Shown piece after piece: positions 5,935 to 8,216 of a DNA stretch of 8,216 bases. Both the position numbers and the translations under genes were made by a program. Below the pieces are notes generated by a model. The model was not told the origin of the DNA. It did no database searches and saw nothing but the letters and a program-made list of their open reading frames with translations. Position 1 is the stretch's first letter. Every line of letters starts with the position of its first letter. Origin of the DNA: a virus (Duplodnaviria > Heunggongvirae > Uroviricota > Caudoviricetes); IMG/VR virus record IMGVR_UViG_2698536618_000025; one strand, given 5' to 3'.

Positions 5935-6123
5935 ATGCAGGACAACACAATGACCGATAAAGAATTGACCAAAACATTATCACCGGCACGGAAAAGACGG
6001 CGCAGAAAGATAGAGCATGAATCAGAAAGATTCGCACCATGTGCTTTTGCCCTTGAGCAATTTCTTAAAGAGTACAGGGAAAAGCGCTCATTGCAGGTAT
6101 GGCAACGAACTGAACCAGACTGA
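5935..6123 (+). CDS. Hypothetical small basic protein (62 aa; alternative start at 5950)
   Basis: Same frame as and 42 nt downstream of the RHH ORF; protein-like helical/basic sequence (..SPARKRRRRKIEHESERF..EQFLKEYREKR..). No SD. The opposite strand is also open here, so coding strand is unresolved. Confidence 0.2.
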   Translation: MQDNTMTDKELTKTLSPARKRRRRKIEHESERFAPCAFALEQFLKEYREKRSLQVWQRTEPD

Positions 6124-6271
6124 TTGCATTGCCCACCAGCCTGATAGCGGCTATCATCCCCGTGCTTATGTTTGGGATCACATACACATAAGGCGCAGCG
6201 GGTTAATTGTTCAGAAAGGCTGCTCCATATCGGGGCCGCTTTTTTCGTGTTTGTCATATCTGTGATACCCG

Positions 6272-6478
6272 TTAAGCAGCCGTTCCGCGTGCTTCCTGTT
6301 CGCGTTCTTTCTGCCAGGCCAACACATCATCCTCATACCATCCGCGACGGCGTAAACCAACGCGAAAACCCTGCGGAAATTCTCCGGCGTTGATCATGCT
6401 TTGCAGCGTGCTGTCTGCCTTGATGTGGATAATTTTTTTTACTTCCTGGCGAAAGATAATTTTTCTGATTGCTTCCAT
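6272..6478 (-). CDS. alpA: AlpA/Vis-family phage transcriptional regulator or excisionase (68 aa)
   Basis: ..IKADSTLQSMINAGEFPQGFRVGLRRRGWYEDDVLAWQ.. matches the AlpA-type HTH pattern (S.ST.Y..I..G.FP....G.R...W.E..V..W); ATG at 6478 with AAGGT 8 nt upstream; sits next to a P4-type integrase. Confidence 0.85.
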   Translation of the reverse strand: MEAIRKIIFRQEVKKIIHIKADSTLQSMINAGEFPQGFRVGLRRRGWYEDDVLAWQKEREQEARGTAA

Positions 6479-6554
6479 CGTGATTTACCTTGTGAATCCG
6501 GTGTATTCCGGTGACAAATACGGTAAATCATCGGATATGGGTAAAAACAGTTCC

Positions 6555-6585
6555 CACCGTTTTTAAACGGTATACACCGTTTTTT
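6555..6585. promoter_or_regulatory. Operator-like repeats upstream of alpA: ACCGTTT-TT-AAACGGT inverted repeat plus direct CACCGTTTTT repeats
   Basis: 7-bp inverted repeat with 2-bp spacer at 6556-6571; CACCGTTTTT at 6555-6564 and 6575-6584 (20 bp apart); additional TCCGGTG direct repeat at 6497-6503 and 6507-6513 in the alpA leader. Confidence 0.3.
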
Positions 6586-6611
6586 ATATTGATGATTTGA
6601 AATGGAATTAT

Positions 6612-6634
6612 AAAAAAAGCGGCATTTCTGCCGC
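6612..6634 (-). terminator. Rho-independent terminator (minus strand)
   Basis: Minus RNA: GCGGCA-GAAA-UGCCGC (GNRA loop; extendable to 8 bp) followed by U7; 11 nt downstream of the 6646-6876 ORF stop. Confidence 0.55.
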
Positions 6635-6645
6635 TTCCAGGATTG

Positions 6646-6876
6646 TTACCGCCATTTTTTGGGCCTGCCTCCGATCTTCATAGATGCCGGACGTACGACC
6701 TTATCAATACTTACCGCCAGATTTCTGGAAGCGCCACGGGATACCAGAAAGTCTACTACCTGTTTTTTTGATGGGGCCGTCGTTCTGTCCTCCGGATCGT
6801 AGGTTGACCAAAATTCATGCTGAACCATCAGGGCCAGTTGCAGCCCGTCGCAATTGCATCTGATATTTTTTTGCAT
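6646..6876 (-). CDS. Hypothetical small protein between integrase and alpA (76 aa from ATG 6876; 83 aa if GTG at 6897)
   Basis: ORF with its own downstream terminator and an AT-rich upstream region; neither start has a convincing SD; basic C-terminus (..IGGRPKKWR). No family recognised. Confidence 0.4.
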   Translation of the reverse strand: MQKNIRCNCDGLQLALMVQHEFWSTYDPEDRTTAPSKKQVVDFLVSRGASRNLAVSIDKVVRPASMKIGGRPKKWR

Positions 6877-6974
6877 CTTAACGGTTTCATGTTTCACGGC
6901 CTTGTCGTTAAATTTGATGCAATTATACGACGGTTTTACATGGTTTTCGTAGTTTTTACTGGTTTTCTGTACAG

Positions 6975-8216
6975 CTACACGGCTCGGATACCCCTTTTAC
7001 CACTGGCGAGGGTTACGCCCGTCGCCGCAGCCTCGACAAATTCGCCCCACCAGCGCATCAGCACGATGCGTTTTTCTATGTAGTTGCTCCGGTTGTATGC
7101 CCGTCTAACTTCGTTGGTGTCGACGTGGGCAAGTGCCGCCTCTATTACGTCCGGCTCGAATCCTTCCTCGTTCGCTGCTGTGCTGAATATGGCGCGTAAT
7201 CCATGAGACACCAGCACGCCAGCGAATCCCATACGCCGCAATGCTGCGTTAGCTGTCTGGCTGTTCATCGGCTGCTGTGGGTCTTTCAGACTTGGGAAAA
7301 CGTAATTGCGGTGGTGGCTGATTGGTTTCATGGCCTCCAGCACCGCCATAGCCTGACCGGAAAGCGGGATAACGTGATCCCTGCGCATCTTCATACGTCC
7401 GGCAGGTATCGTCCATTGCTTCGCGTCCAGGTTGATTTCATCCCACCGCGTTGATGACGCTTCGGCGGGACGGGTTACGGTCAGTAACTGCCATTCAATC
7501 AGTAATCTGGTCTGCCGTTCTGTTGCCGATACTGATAAAGCCTGCATAAGCTCCGGCAGCTGTTCGGGGCGGATTGTTGGCATATGTTTTTTTACAGGTG
7601 AGGGAAACGCCTTACGCACATTCATAGCCGGATTGGCATCAATCAGCCCACTGTTGGCGGCGTAATCCATTACCTCATTAACGCGCTGTAAAACCCGCTT
7701 GAGTGTTTCCAGGTTGCCGCGCTCCTTGATGGGGGTAAGCACTTCAACGAACCTTCGGGCGGTGAGGGTATCTATTGGCGTGTTGCCGATGAACGGGAAT
7801 ACATATTTATCCAGCGAACGCCAGATGTCTTTAATCGTGTTGGGGGCCAGATTCTGGCTGATTTTCACCTGGTACCATGCCGCCGCCACATTTTCGAACG
7901 TGTTCCCTTGTCTTCGGGCCTCTGTCTCTCTTTTTTGCCTCTCGTGGTCCTGCGGGTCAGTTCCGGCACTGATTAACGTCCTGTACTCGCTACGGCGTTT
8001 TCTGGCATCAGCCAGGGAAACATCTTCAAGCGATCCAAAACTCAGCAATATTCTTTTTTTGTCCGATGGTCGGTAGTAGGAAAATCTCCAGAGTTTTGAT
8101 CCAGACGGTTTGACCAGGAGAAAAAGCCCTCCGCCGTCCTGCAGGGTGTACTCCTTTTGCGCTGGTCTGGCTGCTTTGATCTGCACTGTGGTTAATGGGT
8201 GTGTTTTTCTCGCCAT
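6975..8216 (-). CDS. int: Tyrosine recombinase, P4-type phage integrase (413 aa)
   Basis: N-terminus MARKTHPLTTVQIKAARP...GLFLLVKPSGSKLWRFSYY is typical of P4-family integrase arm-binding domains; C-terminal HGLR (H-x-x-R) and ..RAYNRSNYIEKR (catalytic Tyr region). ATG is the last three bases of the window; stop TAG at 6975-6977. Confidence 0.95.
   Translation of the reverse strand: MARKTHPLTTVQIKAARPAQKEYTLQDGGGLFLLVKPSGSKLWRFSYYRPSDKKRILLSFGSLEDVSLADARKRRSEYRTLISAGTDPQDHERQKRETEARRQGNTFENVAAAWYQVKISQNLAPNTIKDIWRSLDKYVFPFIGNTPIDTLTARRFVEVLTPIKERGNLETLKRVLQRVNEVMDYAANSGLIDANPAMNVRKAFPSPVKKHMPTIRPEQLPELMQALSVSATERQTRLLIEWQLLTVTRPAEASSTRWDEINLDAKQWTIPAGRMKMRRDHVIPLSGQAMAVLEAMKPISHHRNYVFPSLKDPQQPMNSQTANAALRRMGFAGVLVSHGLRAIFSTAANEEGFEPDVIEAALAHVDTNEVRRAYNRSNYIEKRIVLMRWWGEFVEAAATGVTLASGKRGIRAV

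Larger units (their letters stand above)
1..8216. mobile_element. Integrated phage-satellite-like element (P4-integrase / PICI-like), partial; both boundaries lie outside the window
   Basis: Co-linear minus-strand set: P4-type integrase, AlpA-family regulator, RecA-fold replication protein followed by iterons, terminase-small-subunit-like gene and head-protein-like gene. Integrase start codon is the last 3 nt of the window, so att site/tRNA is not visible. Confidence 0.7.

Noticed and set aside
6200-6250. Possible plus-strand terminator (CGGGGCCG followed by T6)
   Set aside because: Stem is only 3-4 bp and imperfect; the T-run alone is insufficient.
5592-6257. 221-aa minus-strand ORF starting 14 nt after the alpA stop, with a CxxC...CxxC zinc-ribbon-like N-terminus
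   Set aside because: About 6% Cys and very Ser/Leu/Arg-rich, low-complexity C-terminal half that is antisense to a well-formed RHH peptide; no SD. Most likely a shadow frame, though the N-terminal third cannot be excluded as real (kept as uncertainty in the findings).
6817-8076. Plus-strand ORFs 6817-7083, 7203-7454, 7432-7665, 7699-8076
   Set aside because: Antisense to the integrase gene or to the int-proximal region; no RBS; shadow frames.

Overview
This window looks like the integrase-proximal ~8.2 kb of an integrated phage-satellite-like element (P4-type integrase, PICI/P4-like layout), probably enterobacterial. All calls come from reading the sequence and motif recollection; no database or HMM search was run. 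Nearly all coding is on the minus strand, read from 8216 down to 1: a P4-type tyrosine integrase (6975-8216), a small ORF with a GNRA-loop terminator, an AlpA/Vis-family regulator (6272-6478), a hairpin-rich control region containing two tandem in-frame paralogous small-ORF modules (5006-5566, possibly Icd-like), four tightly coupled small ORFs, a RecA-fold replication ATPase (2640-4040) whose stop codon abuts an iteron origin (CCCCACTTTT, 5 perfect copies plus variants), an 81-aa ORF and terminator, then a packaging/head module with a terminase-small-subunit-like gene (1087-1575) carrying 12-bp-phased GTAAC repeats and a 308-aa head-protein-like gene (1-927). The only plausible plus-strand genes are a 43-aa ribbon-helix-helix ORF and a 62-aa basic ORF (5761-6123), divergent from the main operon. 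No tRNA, rRNA, CRISPR array or transposase was found, and the attachment site is presumably beyond position 8216. The most interesting candidates for follow-up are the duplicated small-ORF/hairpin control region, the divergent RHH module, the phased GTAAC array in the terS-like gene, and the presence of a capsid-like gene in a satellite-like element.
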